The translations under genes were made by a program, and so were the position numbers. From an uncultured Actinomycetes bacterium (lineage in GTDB: Bacteria > Actinomycetota > Thermoleophilia > UBA2241), in assembly GCA_963767005.1 (NCBI GenBank), contig CAVYCN010000011.1, positions 45,108 to 109,107 of the forward strand: 64,000 nucleotides of DNA, read 5' to 3'. Under the pieces are notes generated by a model, which worked only from the letters and a program-made list of their open reading frames with translations, searched no databases and was not told the DNA's origin. Shown here one piece after another: positions 19,714 through 28,120 of this stretch. How positions within the stretch are numbered: the stretch's first letter is position 1; each line of letters opens with the position of its first letter.

Positions 19714-20595
19714 TTAGCGCCGCACGAAGCCGGTCGCGGCCTCGACCTCGGCCCAGAACGCGTCCTGGGCGGAGCGCGTCACCGGCCCCGGCGCGTCGGC
19801 GAAGACGCGGTCCTCGATGGCGCCGACCGGCTGGACCTCGCGCGCCGCGCTCGCGGCGAACGCCTCGCGACAGGTGAGCAGGTCGTCGCGCGTGCACACG
19901 CGCTCCTCGACCGGCAACCCGCGCAGCAACACGCGCCGCGTGATCGAGTCGAGGATCTCGCCGCTGAGCGGCGGCGTGCACAGCACGCCGTCGGCGGCGA
20001 CGCAGAAGAACGACGCGGTCTGCAGCTCGAGCACGCGCCCGTCCGGCGTGACCAGCAGGGCCTCGTCGAAGCCGCGCTCCTGGGCCAGGCGGCGGGCCAG
20101 CATGTTGCCGGCGTACGAGAGTGTCTTGGCGCCGCCGAGCACCAGTCGCGCGGTGTCGACGACGAGCGCCAGGCGCAGCGTGGCGCGCAGGTCGGGCACG
20201 GGCTCGGCCAGCACGAGGCGCTGCCCGCCCCGCGTGAGCACGATGCGCAGGTCGAAGGTCGCCTCGCCCATGGCGGCGAGGAGCGTGCCGACGTCGCGGC
20301 TGAGCGCGGCACGGTCGAGGGGCAGGCGGATGGTCGCGCAGGTCCGTTCGAGCCGGGCGAGGTGCTCGTCGAGCGCGAACGGCCGGCCGCCATAGGCGCG
20401 CACGACCTCGAAGGCGCCGTCGCCGCGCAGCAGGCCGTCGTCGGCGGCCGGGATCGTCGCCTCGCCGACGGTGCAGCGCCGCCCGCCGACGACCGCGGGG
20501 AAGTCGCGCGGCTCGCGGCGCGGCGCGCCGCCGGGCTCACGCTCCGGCGCGCCGCGCCGCGACCCGCCGCTCGCCTGCCCGCCGTCTGCGCCCAC
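19714..20595 (-). CDS. Class IV PLP aminotransferase (branched-chain/D-amino acid/PabC family)
   Basis: GLLRGDGAFE, HLARL, AKTLSY, GFDEALL, LDSITR. GTG 20595 with RBS GGAGG. Confidence 0.88.
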   Translation of the reverse strand: MGADGGQASGGSRRGAPEREPGGAPRREPRDFPAVVGGRRCTVGEATIPAADDGLLRGDGAFEVVRAYGGRPFALDEHLARLERTCATIRLPLDRAALSRDVGTLLAAMGEATFDLRIVLTRGGQRLVLAEPVPDLRATLRLALVVDTARLVLGGAKTLSYAGNMLARRLAQERGFDEALLVTPDGRVLELQTASFFCVAADGVLCTPPLSGEILDSITRRVLLRGLPVEERVCTRDDLLTCREAFAASAAREVQPVGAIEDRVFADAPGPVTRSAQDAFWAEVEAATGFVRR

Positions 20596-20869
20596 GTCGC
20601 CTCCCGTTCGCGTTGCCGTTCGCTCCTGCGCTCCCGTCCGCGCTCCCGTCCGCCTTCGCGTCCGCGTTCCCGTCCGCCTTCGCGTTCGTCCAGATGCTAC
20701 CGCATCCCCCGCACGCGGCCGCCGTACCATCGGTGCCGTGGACCGGCGGGCGGGGGAAGCTCTGTCTCAGGTGCCGGGCTGCCACGTCCCGTCAGCCGTG
20801 ACCGCGGACCGGCTGATATGCTCGCCGCGGAGTCCTGCGGCCCCCGCCGACAATGACGAAAGGACGGAC

Positions 20870-21838
20870 GTGGCCTTGAGTGACTATCCCATCGACGTTC
20901 GCATCGACCAGCTCCCCGAGCAGCGCTCGCGCGGCTGGGCGGCGCTCGGCGTGACGATCATCCTCAAGCTGCTCGCGCTCCTGCCGCACGCCATCTGCCT
21001 CCTCGTCCTGGGCATCGTGCAGCTCGTGGTGGCCTTCGTCGCCCAGATCGTCGTGGCCGTCACCGGCGAGTATCCGGCCGGCATGTTCGACTTCGTGGCC
21101 GGCGTGCTGCGCTGGAGCACGCGGGTGAGCACGTTCTTCCTGTCGCTCAACGACCGCTACCCGCCCTTCACCCTCCAGCCCGATCCCGGCTATCCGAGCG
21201 ACCTCGTCATCGTGCGGCCGCCTCGCAGCAACCGCCTGTACGCGCTGTTCACCGTGATCGTCGAGGTCGCGGTCGCGATCGGGGTGGTGGCGCTCATCGT
21301 GCACTTCGTGAATACCAGCGGCTCGTCGTTTGCTCCAGGAGGCTCGTCGCTCTCGAACTTCGGCCCGAGAGGGCCGTCGTTCTCGTCGAGCGGCCTCGTC
21401 TTGCGCGACATCGTCGCCCTGCCGCACCTGATCGTGCTGGTCGTCCTGGGTCTGGCCGTCGCCGTCCTGTGGTACGTGGCGCAGTGGGTGATCCTCGTGA
21501 CGGGCCGCTACCCGCATAGCTGGTCCGACTTCACCACCGGCGTCGTGCGCTGGCAGGCGCGGGTGTCCGGCTACACTCTGGGACTGGTCGACCGCTACCC
21601 GCCGTTCACCTTCGACCCGTCGATCGCGGCGGCAGGCCCGGCCGGCCCCGGACCGCCGCCCTGGAGCGGCGCTCCCGGCGGCTACGCGCCCTGGACCGCC
21701 CCGGTCGCCCCGACGCCGCCGGCCGGCTGGTACCCCGACCCGGCGCGCCGCCACGAGTACCGCTACTGGAGCGGCGTAGCGTGGACGCCCCAGGTCGCCG
21801 ACCACGGACAGGCGAGCGTCGACCCGCTCGGGCCCTGA
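20870..21838 (+). CDS. DUF4389 membrane protein with C-terminal DUF2510 domain
   Basis: Duplicated LPH..TG.YP..F..GV.RW..RV..D.YPPF module; C-terminal AGWYPDP..RYWSG..WT. Confidence 0.8.
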   Translation: MALSDYPIDVRIDQLPEQRSRGWAALGVTIILKLLALLPHAICLLVLGIVQLVVAFVAQIVVAVTGEYPAGMFDFVAGVLRWSTRVSTFFLSLNDRYPPFTLQPDPGYPSDLVIVRPPRSNRLYALFTVIVEVAVAIGVVALIVHFVNTSGSSFAPGGSSLSNFGPRGPSFSSSGLVLRDIVALPHLIVLVVLGLAVAVLWYVAQWVILVTGRYPHSWSDFTTGVVRWQARVSGYTLGLVDRYPPFTFDPSIAAAGPAGPGPPPWSGAPGGYAPWTAPVAPTPPAGWYPDPARRHEYRYWSGVAWTPQVADHGQASVDPLGP

Positions 21839-21876
21839 CGCCCGCAGCATCCCACAGCGAGACCGAGGAGGCCCCG

Positions 21877-22527
21877 ATGGAGTTGGCAAGCGCGCTGCGC
21901 GAACGCAGGAGCATCCGCAGGTTCCTGCCCCGACCGGTGCCGGACGAGATCGTCCGCGACATCCTGGACCAGGCGCGCTGGTCGCCTTCGTGGGCCAACA
22001 CGCAGGCCTGGAACGTCTACGTCGTCGCCGGCGAGAGCCTGCGCCGGATCGCCGAGGCCAACCGCACGGCCGCGGCGAGCGAGGCCCCTGCCGGCCCCGA
22101 CTTTCGCATGCCGCGCCAGTGGCCCGAGCACCTGGCGGCTCGCACCCGGCAGCTCGTCGACCTGCGTGCCTCGATCGCGCCGCCGGCCGGCGCGGCCGCC
22201 GACGCCGCCGGGCCCGCCGCGTTCTACGGCGCGCCCTGCGTGCTGTTCGTCGCCGTCGAGCAGGACCTCGAGACCGACTACGCGCTCTTCGACAGCGGCC
22301 TGCTCGTGCAGTCGCTCTGCCTCGCCGCGCACGACAGGGGCCTGGGCACCTGCATCATGGCGATGGCGGTGCGCGACCCCGACACGCTGCGCGCGATCCT
22401 GCCCCACGCCGCCGACAAACGCTTCGTGATCGGCGTCGCGCTCGGCTACCCCGACCAGGAGGCCGAGATCAACCGCTTCGTCCGCGAGCGCGTCGCCCTC
22501 GAGGATCTCGCGACCTGGGCCGAGTAG
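21877..22527 (+). CDS. Nitroreductase family protein
   Basis: RRSIRRF, WSPSWANTQAW, LAAHDRGLGTC, LGYPD. Confidence 0.9.
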   Translation: MELASALRERRSIRRFLPRPVPDEIVRDILDQARWSPSWANTQAWNVYVVAGESLRRIAEANRTAAASEAPAGPDFRMPRQWPEHLAARTRQLVDLRASIAPPAGAAADAAGPAAFYGAPCVLFVAVEQDLETDYALFDSGLLVQSLCLAAHDRGLGTCIMAMAVRDPDTLRAILPHAADKRFVIGVALGYPDQEAEINRFVRERVALEDLATWAE

Positions 22528-22557
22528 GCGCGGCGACGCGATGCCCGGGGACCACGG

Positions 22558-23347
22558 GTGAAGTCAAGCGGCGACCGGCCGGGACCGCCGCAGGCGCGTG
22601 CCGGCCGCCGTCCGATCGGCCTCGACCTGGCGCGCTGCGCCGCCGTGTCGCTGGTCGTGCTCGCCCACATCGGCCAGACGACCGGCAGCCCGCTCGGCGC
22701 CTTCGTCGGCATCAGGGCCGGGCGTCGCTGTGGCCCAGCCTGCACGCGCTCGACGTGTTCCTCACACTGACCGGCACCTACGCCTTCGCCGGCCGCTGGG
22801 GCGGCCCGTTCCTGAACACGAGCTGGTTCATCGGCCTGATCTTCGTGCTGTACCTGGTCTTTCCGTGGCTGTCGCGCGCCATCTCGGCGCGGCCGGCGCT
22901 CACCATGGCCGCCCTGCTCGCGCTGAGCCTCGCGTCGCGTGCCCTGCTGGGCCGTTACGGCTGGCTGCCGGGCCGTCCGCTCGACTGGTTCCCGCCCTGC
23001 CGGGTGTTCGAGTTCGGCCTCGGCATCTGGCTGGCCGGCGCCTACTCCAGGGCCTCACTGCGGCCGCTGTCCCTCGGCCGCCTCGACCCCCTGATCATCG
23101 CCGCTGCCGCCCTGTCGTTTCCCGCTTCCTGGTCCACTACCCGCTGCTGCCGCTCATCCCGCGGCTGGTCGCGCGCGGCCTGAACGTCGTACCGGCGAGC
23201 GCGCCGTCCGTGCTCTTCTCGGTCGCGCTCGCCTGGGTCGTCCTGGTCGTCGACCGGGCGCTGCGCCGCCGGTTGCCGGCGCCGCTGATAGACTCGCCGC
23301 CATGCACCGCGTCGACGGCGACTGGACAAGGGAGCAGAGGACGATGA
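22558..23347 (+). pseudogene. Disrupted acyltransferase-3 (OafA-like) gene
   Basis: Family motifs fall in three frames: GLDLAR..V.LAH; WFIGLIFVLYLVFP..RVFEFGLG; FLVHYP. The central conserved part appears deleted. Confidence 0.7.
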
Positions 23348-23760
23348 GCGACACCGACAAGCGCCCCGCCTACGTGGCGGCGCACATCGACGACATCCCG
23401 TTCGAGGACGGCGAGGCGCCGAAGGCCGAATGGAAGCCGATCCGGCGCTTCTTCGGCATCGGCTCGTTCGGCGTCAACCTCGCCCGCGCCGTGCGCGCGG
23501 GCGACGAGCTCACCCACGACCACGACGAGACCGACACGGGCCACGAGGAGCTGTTCCTGGTCACCGCCGGCCACGCCACCTACCGGGTAGCCGGCGACGA
23601 GATCGACGCCCCCGCCGGCACGTTCCTCTACGTGCCCGACCCGACCACGGTGCGCGGCGCCGTCGCACGCACGGCCGGCACCGTCATGCTGGTCGTCGGG
23701 GCCGAGCCCGGCGTCGTCTTCGCGCCGTCTGAGTGGGACACCGAGCCGCTGCCCGAGTAG
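23344..23760 (+). CDS. Cupin-domain protein
   Basis: FGIGSFGVN, HDE..GHEELFLV..G, APAGTF. Confidence 0.75.
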   Translation: MSDTDKRPAYVAAHIDDIPFEDGEAPKAEWKPIRRFFGIGSFGVNLARAVRAGDELTHDHDETDTGHEELFLVTAGHATYRVAGDEIDAPAGTFLYVPDPTTVRGAVARTAGTVMLVVGAEPGVVFAPSEWDTEPLPE

Positions 23761-23778
23761 CCGGTCGCCTGCCGAGCC

Positions 23779-23825
23779 ACGCGCGGCGAGGGAGGCGGCC
23801 TACGGCCGCCTCCCTCGCCGCGCGT
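23779..23825. terminator. 22-bp perfect inverted repeat between convergent genes (bidirectional terminator)
   Basis: ACGCGCGGCGAGGGAGGCGGCC-TAC-GGCCGCCTCCCTCGCCGCGCGT. Confidence 0.75.
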
Positions 23826-23864
23826 CCCGCTGCGGGCACGATCAGGGCCCCGCTGCAGGCCCGA

Positions 23865-24269
23865 TCAGGGCACTGTGAAATCGATGCCGCTCGACGTGTG
23901 GCCCACCAGGCGGAAGGTGCCGCTCGCCGGGATCGTGTAGGTGTAGTCGCCCACCGCCGAGCTGTCCTTCATGAGGACGTTGGTGAAGGGGTTCTTGGGC
24001 CAGGCGTCGACGTACGGAGCGCCGGATGGGTCGACCAGAGTCGAGCTGTTGGCGACCGCCGTGGGAAAGGTGTCGTTGTTGTCGATCGCGTAACTCTGGA
24101 TGCCGACCTGGATCGAGTGGATCCCTTCCTTGACCGCCGCGTCCTTGGCCTTGTTGCGCTGGTTCAGGAACATGGGGATGGCGATCGCGGCGAGGATCCC
24201 GATGATGATAATGACGATCAGCAGCTCGATGAGCGTGAATCCGCTCTGCCTTTCGCGCGAACCGTTCAT
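23865..24269 (-). CDS. Type IV pilin / type II secretion pseudopilin
   Basis: Class III signal peptide G|FTLIELLIVIIIIGILAAIAIP; ATG 24269 with RBS AGGGAGG. Confidence 0.92.
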   Translation of the reverse strand: MNGSRERQSGFTLIELLIVIIIIGILAAIAIPMFLNQRNKAKDAAVKEGIHSIQVGIQSYAIDNNDTFPTAVANSSTLVDPSGAPYVDAWPKNPFTNVLMKDSSAVGDYTYTIPASGTFRLVGHTSSGIDFTVP

Positions 24270-24398
24270 GTGCCCTCCCTTTCTGGCGGCAGAGCCGCCG
24301 ACCGCACCAGGGGTCGCACTGGAACGGGGCCTCTGGTCTTGCACCTTTGAACTCAGGCTGCCGCCGGAACGGATTGCTACCCGCCGATCGGACGCTTC

Positions 24399-24426
24399 GT
24401 AACCGCTCTGTAACAGAGGCTTAACA
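24399..24426. promoter_or_regulatory. Three direct repeats at 11-bp period (OmpR/PhoB-family, GlnR/MtrA-like box)
   Basis: GTAACC (24399), GTAACA (24410), TTAACA (24421), between the pilin and the divergent cupin gene. Confidence 0.55.
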
Positions 24427-24568
24427 AGCGCCTGCCAGAACGGGTGCAAGCGAGCCTGCAGGCGGGAGACGACGCTCCGACAGGCTGTCTTCGCCGTTGC
24501 CCGGCGGCGCCGCGGACCTCAGAATGAGGCAAGCACACACCCCGTCAGCTCTCTCGGAAAGGCCAGCC

Positions 24569-24961
24569 ATGAGCTCGTACACGATCCTGAACCTCCTCGA
24601 GGTCGAAGACAGCGTCGCCGGTCGCATGCCGGGCCTCGAGGGCCGCTTCGCGCGGGCCCGGCTCGACTCGCGCGACCTGGGCGTGAGTCACTTCCGCTAC
24701 GCGCCCAACCTGCGTGGTGCCAAAGGCCACCGCCACGGCGTGCAGGAAGAGGCCTACATCGTGGTCGGCGGCTCGGGGCAGGCCTTGCTCGACGGCGAGA
24801 TCCACGAGCTGCGCCAGTGGGACGTCGTGCGCGTCGGCCCCGAGGTCGTGCGCGCCTTCGGCGCAGGGCCCGAGGGTCTCGAGCTCATCGTGATCGGCGG
24901 TCCCAAGCCCGAGAGCGGCGACGGCGAGATGCTCGACGTCTCCTGGCCCGATCAGGGCTGA
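24569..24961 (+). CDS. Cupin-domain protein
   Basis: GHRHGVQEEAYIVVGGSG, WDVVRV; RBS GAAAGG. Confidence 0.8.
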   Translation: MSSYTILNLLEVEDSVAGRMPGLEGRFARARLDSRDLGVSHFRYAPNLRGAKGHRHGVQEEAYIVVGGSGQALLDGEIHELRQWDVVRVGPEVVRAFGAGPEGLELIVIGGPKPESGDGEMLDVSWPDQG

Positions 24962-24982
24962 CCGCCGCCGCAGGATAGGGCC

Positions 24983-25540
24983 ATCGACACCGTCGACACC
25001 GCCTCAGGACCCGGCCCGACCGACGACGTCCGCGCCCGCCTGGCCGTCGTCGAGGGCGACATCACGCGGCTCGCCGTCGACGCCATCGTCAATGCCGCCA
25101 ACCGCACGCTGCTCGGCGGCGGCGGGGTCGACGGCGCCATCCATCGCGCCGCCGGTCCCGAGCTGCTTGCCGAGTGCCGTACCCTGGGCGGCTGTGCCAC
25201 CGGCGAGGCGCGCATGACCGGCGGCTACCGGCTGGCGGCCCGCGCGGTGATCCACACGGTGGGACCGGTCTGGCGCGGCGGCGGCGCGGGCGAGGCGGAG
25301 CTCCTGCGCTCCTGCTACCTCGAGTCGCTACGCCTGGCGAGCGCGGCCGGCCTGGCGACCATCGCCTTTCCCGCCATCTCGACCGGCGTCTACGGCTATC
25401 CCAAGGACCGGGCCTGCGCGGTCGCGGTCGCGGCCGTGACCGAGTTCCTCGCCAACCACGAGCTGCCGCGCACCGTCACCTTCTGCTGCTTCGACCCAGC
25501 CGACGCGCGCCTGTACCGGGCGCGGCTCGGCGCAGACTGA
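24983..25540 (+). CDS. Macro-domain protein (O-acetyl-ADP-ribose deacetylase, YmdB-like)
   Basis: The frame upstream of ATG 25214 reads [34 protein letters not shown], then IHTVGPVW and [13 protein letters not shown]. No ATG/GTG/TTG before these motifs; ATC 24983 proposed as start. Confidence 0.85.
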   Translation: MDTVDTASGPGPTDDVRARLAVVEGDITRLAVDAIVNAANRTLLGGGGVDGAIHRAAGPELLAECRTLGGCATGEARMTGGYRLAARAVIHTVGPVWRGGGAGEAELLRSCYLESLRLASAAGLATIAFPAISTGVYGYPKDRACAVAVAAVTEFLANHELPRTVTFCCFDPADARLYRARLGAD

Positions 25541-25578
25541 AGATCGACACGAGACCACCGACCGAAGGGCGCGAAGAG

Positions 25579-26853
25579 ATGATCGAGTACGTGAAGAAGG
25601 CGCCGCCCCGGCCCGAGGCCGACACGGCGCGGGTCCGCGAGGCTGTGGCCGGCATCCTGCGCGACGTGCGCACCCGCGGCCTCGAAGCGGTGCGCCACTT
25701 CTCGCGCACCTTCGACGGCTGGGACCCGCCCTCGTTCAAGGTCACCGCCGACGACATCGAGCGGGCCAGGGCCGCGGTCGCGCCCGACGTGCTGGCGTCG
25801 CTCGACTTCGCCCACGCGCAGATCGCCGAGTTCGCCCGGCGCCAGCGCGCGACCCTGGTCGACCTCGAGGTCGAGACCCTGCCCGGCGTGTTCCTGGGCC
25901 AGCGCCAGATCCCGGTCGCCAGCGTCGGCGCCTACGTGCCCGGCGGCAAGTACCCGATGCTCATGTCGGCGCAGATGACGATCCTCACGGCGAAGGTCGC
26001 CGGGGTCGAGCGCGTGGTGGCCTGCGCGCCGCCCTACGAGAGCCGCGGCCTCTTCCCCGAGATGCTCTGGTCGATGGCCCTCGCCGGCGCCGACGAGATC
26101 TGGTGCCTGGGCGGCGTGCAGGCGCTGGCCCTCATGGCCTACGGCGCCGAGGGCTACGAGCCGGTCGACTTCATCGCCGGCCCCGGCAACATGTACGTCG
26201 CCGAGGCCAAGCGGCAACTCTTCGGCGACGTGGGCATCGACCTGCTGGCCGGCCCGACCGAGATCCTCGTGATCGCCGACGCGACCGCCGACCCGGCGAT
26301 CGTCGCTGCCGACCTGCTCGGCCAGGCCGAGCACGGACCGACCTCGCCGGCGATCCTCGTGAGCCTCTCACGTGAGCTCGCCGCGGCGGCGCTCGCCGAG
26401 GTCGACCGGCAGTTGCGCGAGCTGCCCACCCGCGACGTCGCCGGACGAGCCTGGGCCGACTGCGGCGAGGTCGTCGTGGTCGAGGAGCCCGACGAGGCCG
26501 TGCGCGTGGCCGACGAGTACGCCCCCGAGCACCTCGAGGTGCAGACCGCCGACCCCGACTGGTACGCCGCGCACCTGCGCAACTACGGCACGCTCTGCGT
26601 CGGTGAGGAGGCGACGATCACCTTCTCGGACAAGGTGATCGGCACCAACCACACGCTGCCCACCGGCCGGGCCGCGCGCTACACCGGCGGCCTCTGGGTC
26701 GGCAAGTTCCTGAAGACCGTGACCTGGCAGCGCTGCACGCGCGAGGGCGCCCTCGCGGTCGCGCCCCACGCCGCCCGGCTCGCCAGGGCCGAGCACATGC
26801 TCGGCCACGCCGTGACGGCCGATGTCCGCATCGACAAGTACGGCGGGCGATAG
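25579..26853 (+). CDS. Histidinol dehydrogenase family protein, HpsN-like branch
   Basis: GAYVPGG, GGVQA, GPGNMYVAEAKR, AGPTE, DLLGQAEH, APEHLE, DKVIGTNHTLPT..RYTGGLWVGKFLK. Confidence 0.85.
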   Translation: MIEYVKKAPPRPEADTARVREAVAGILRDVRTRGLEAVRHFSRTFDGWDPPSFKVTADDIERARAAVAPDVLASLDFAHAQIAEFARRQRATLVDLEVETLPGVFLGQRQIPVASVGAYVPGGKYPMLMSAQMTILTAKVAGVERVVACAPPYESRGLFPEMLWSMALAGADEIWCLGGVQALALMAYGAEGYEPVDFIAGPGNMYVAEAKRQLFGDVGIDLLAGPTEILVIADATADPAIVAADLLGQAEHGPTSPAILVSLSRELAAAALAEVDRQLRELPTRDVAGRAWADCGEVVVVEEPDEAVRVADEYAPEHLEVQTADPDWYAAHLRNYGTLCVGEEATITFSDKVIGTNHTLPTGRAARYTGGLWVGKFLKTVTWQRCTREGALAVAPHAARLARAEHMLGHAVTADVRIDKYGGR

Positions 26854-26965
26854 CGAGGCCGGCGTCCCGGGCGACAGCAACAGGCAGACCGCGTCCAATG
26901 GCGACAGGCGCCGCGGGCGATAGACTGGCGGCGTCAACGCGCGCCGTCGCGCCGTCGAACGGGGG

Positions 26966-27946
26966 GTGTCCATCTCCGCGGTCTTTCTTGCCTGGGTAGG
27001 CGTCGCCTTTCTGGCCGCGGCCTGCTGGGGCGCGACCGTCATCCTCAACAAGTGGGTCCTCGACGACGTCGCCCCCGTCGCGGTGAACTTCTTCGTCGTG
27101 GCGGTCTCGACCGTGACGCTCGCCGCCGTCGCGGTGCCGCTCAGCCTCCTGCACCTGTGGCCGCTCGGACTGGGGATGACGTGGCGGGCGACCGGCTACA
27201 TCTGCATCAGCGCGCCGGTCATGTGGCTCGTCGCCTTCAACGCCTACTTCTACGCGCTGCGCTCGGGTCGGGTCGGCGTCGTCGGGCCACTCTCGACCAC
27301 CGACCCCCTGTTCACCGCCCTCTTCGCCACCCTGATCGTCGGCGCCACGCTCGGCCGGTTCGTCGTCGCCGGCCTGATCGTCACGGTCTGCGGCGTGATG
27401 CTGATCTCGCGCTGGATGGACGCCGAGCCGGACCCCAGCGCCCACCTGCTCGAAGCCGCCGTCGCCCCGGCGGGGACGGCGACCGCCGTCACCGTCGGGA
27501 CCGGCGCCGTCGTGGGCCTCTCGCTGGTGACCGCCGCCGGCTGGGGTTTCTCGCCCGTGCTCGTGCAGCTCGCCGAGCGCTCGACCGGCGGCGCCACGAC
27601 CACCCTCGTGCTCCTGGGCGAGGCGCTCGGCGTGGCGCTGCTCGCGCCCTTCGTGATCGCCCGGCGCGGCAGGCTCTTCGCGGCCGGCAGCCGCAGCCGC
27701 CGCGGCCGCATCGTCGTCCTGCTGGTCGGCGCCGGCCTGCTGAACGCCGTCTTCTCGGTCCTCTACTACGTGCTGATCGCCGAGATCGGCCCCGTGCTCA
27801 CCATGCTGATCACGGCGAGCGCGCCGGTGTTCGCCATCGCCGGCGGCGTGCTGTTCCTGCACGAACGCCTGGGTCGCCGCCTGGCGCTGGGCGTGGCGGT
27901 CACCCTGACCGGCGTCTTCCTGGCGACCCTGCAGAACGTGCGATAG
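26966..27946 (+). CDS. DMT/EamA-family transporter
   Basis: About 10 TM segments in two EamA repeats; FLHERL. Confidence 0.82.
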   Translation: MSISAVFLAWVGVAFLAAACWGATVILNKWVLDDVAPVAVNFFVVAVSTVTLAAVAVPLSLLHLWPLGLGMTWRATGYICISAPVMWLVAFNAYFYALRSGRVGVVGPLSTTDPLFTALFATLIVGATLGRFVVAGLIVTVCGVMLISRWMDAEPDPSAHLLEAAVAPAGTATAVTVGTGAVVGLSLVTAAGWGFSPVLVQLAERSTGGATTTLVLLGEALGVALLAPFVIARRGRLFAAGSRSRRGRIVVLLVGAGLLNAVFSVLYYVLIAEIGPVLTMLITASAPVFAIAGGVLFLHERLGRRLALGVAVTLTGVFLATLQNVR

Positions 27947-28041
27947 GGGCGCCGCGGCCCGGCCAGCCAGAGCGGCGCCCGGTCGCACGTTACCAGGGCA
28001 GGCGGCGCCCCAGCCCCCACGCCGGATGGATTCGCGGGACC

Positions 28042-28086
28042 TCCTCAGCAGACCCACAGTAAGCCCACAGACGGCGTCTCTAGCAT
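28042..28086 (+). promoter_or_regulatory. OmpR-type direct-repeat box plus -10 element
   Basis: TCCTCAG/CCCACAG/CCCACAG at 28042/28053/28064 (11-bp period); TAGCAT at 28081-28086. Confidence 0.55.
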
Positions 28087-28120
28087 GAGGCAACGAACGC
28101 CATCACAGGAGGGAGTCGCG

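Noticed and set aside
24959-24961. Selenocysteine TGA joining the cupin and macro domains
   Set aside because: The TGA is in a non-conserved linker rather than a Cys-equivalent site, and no convincing SECIS follows.
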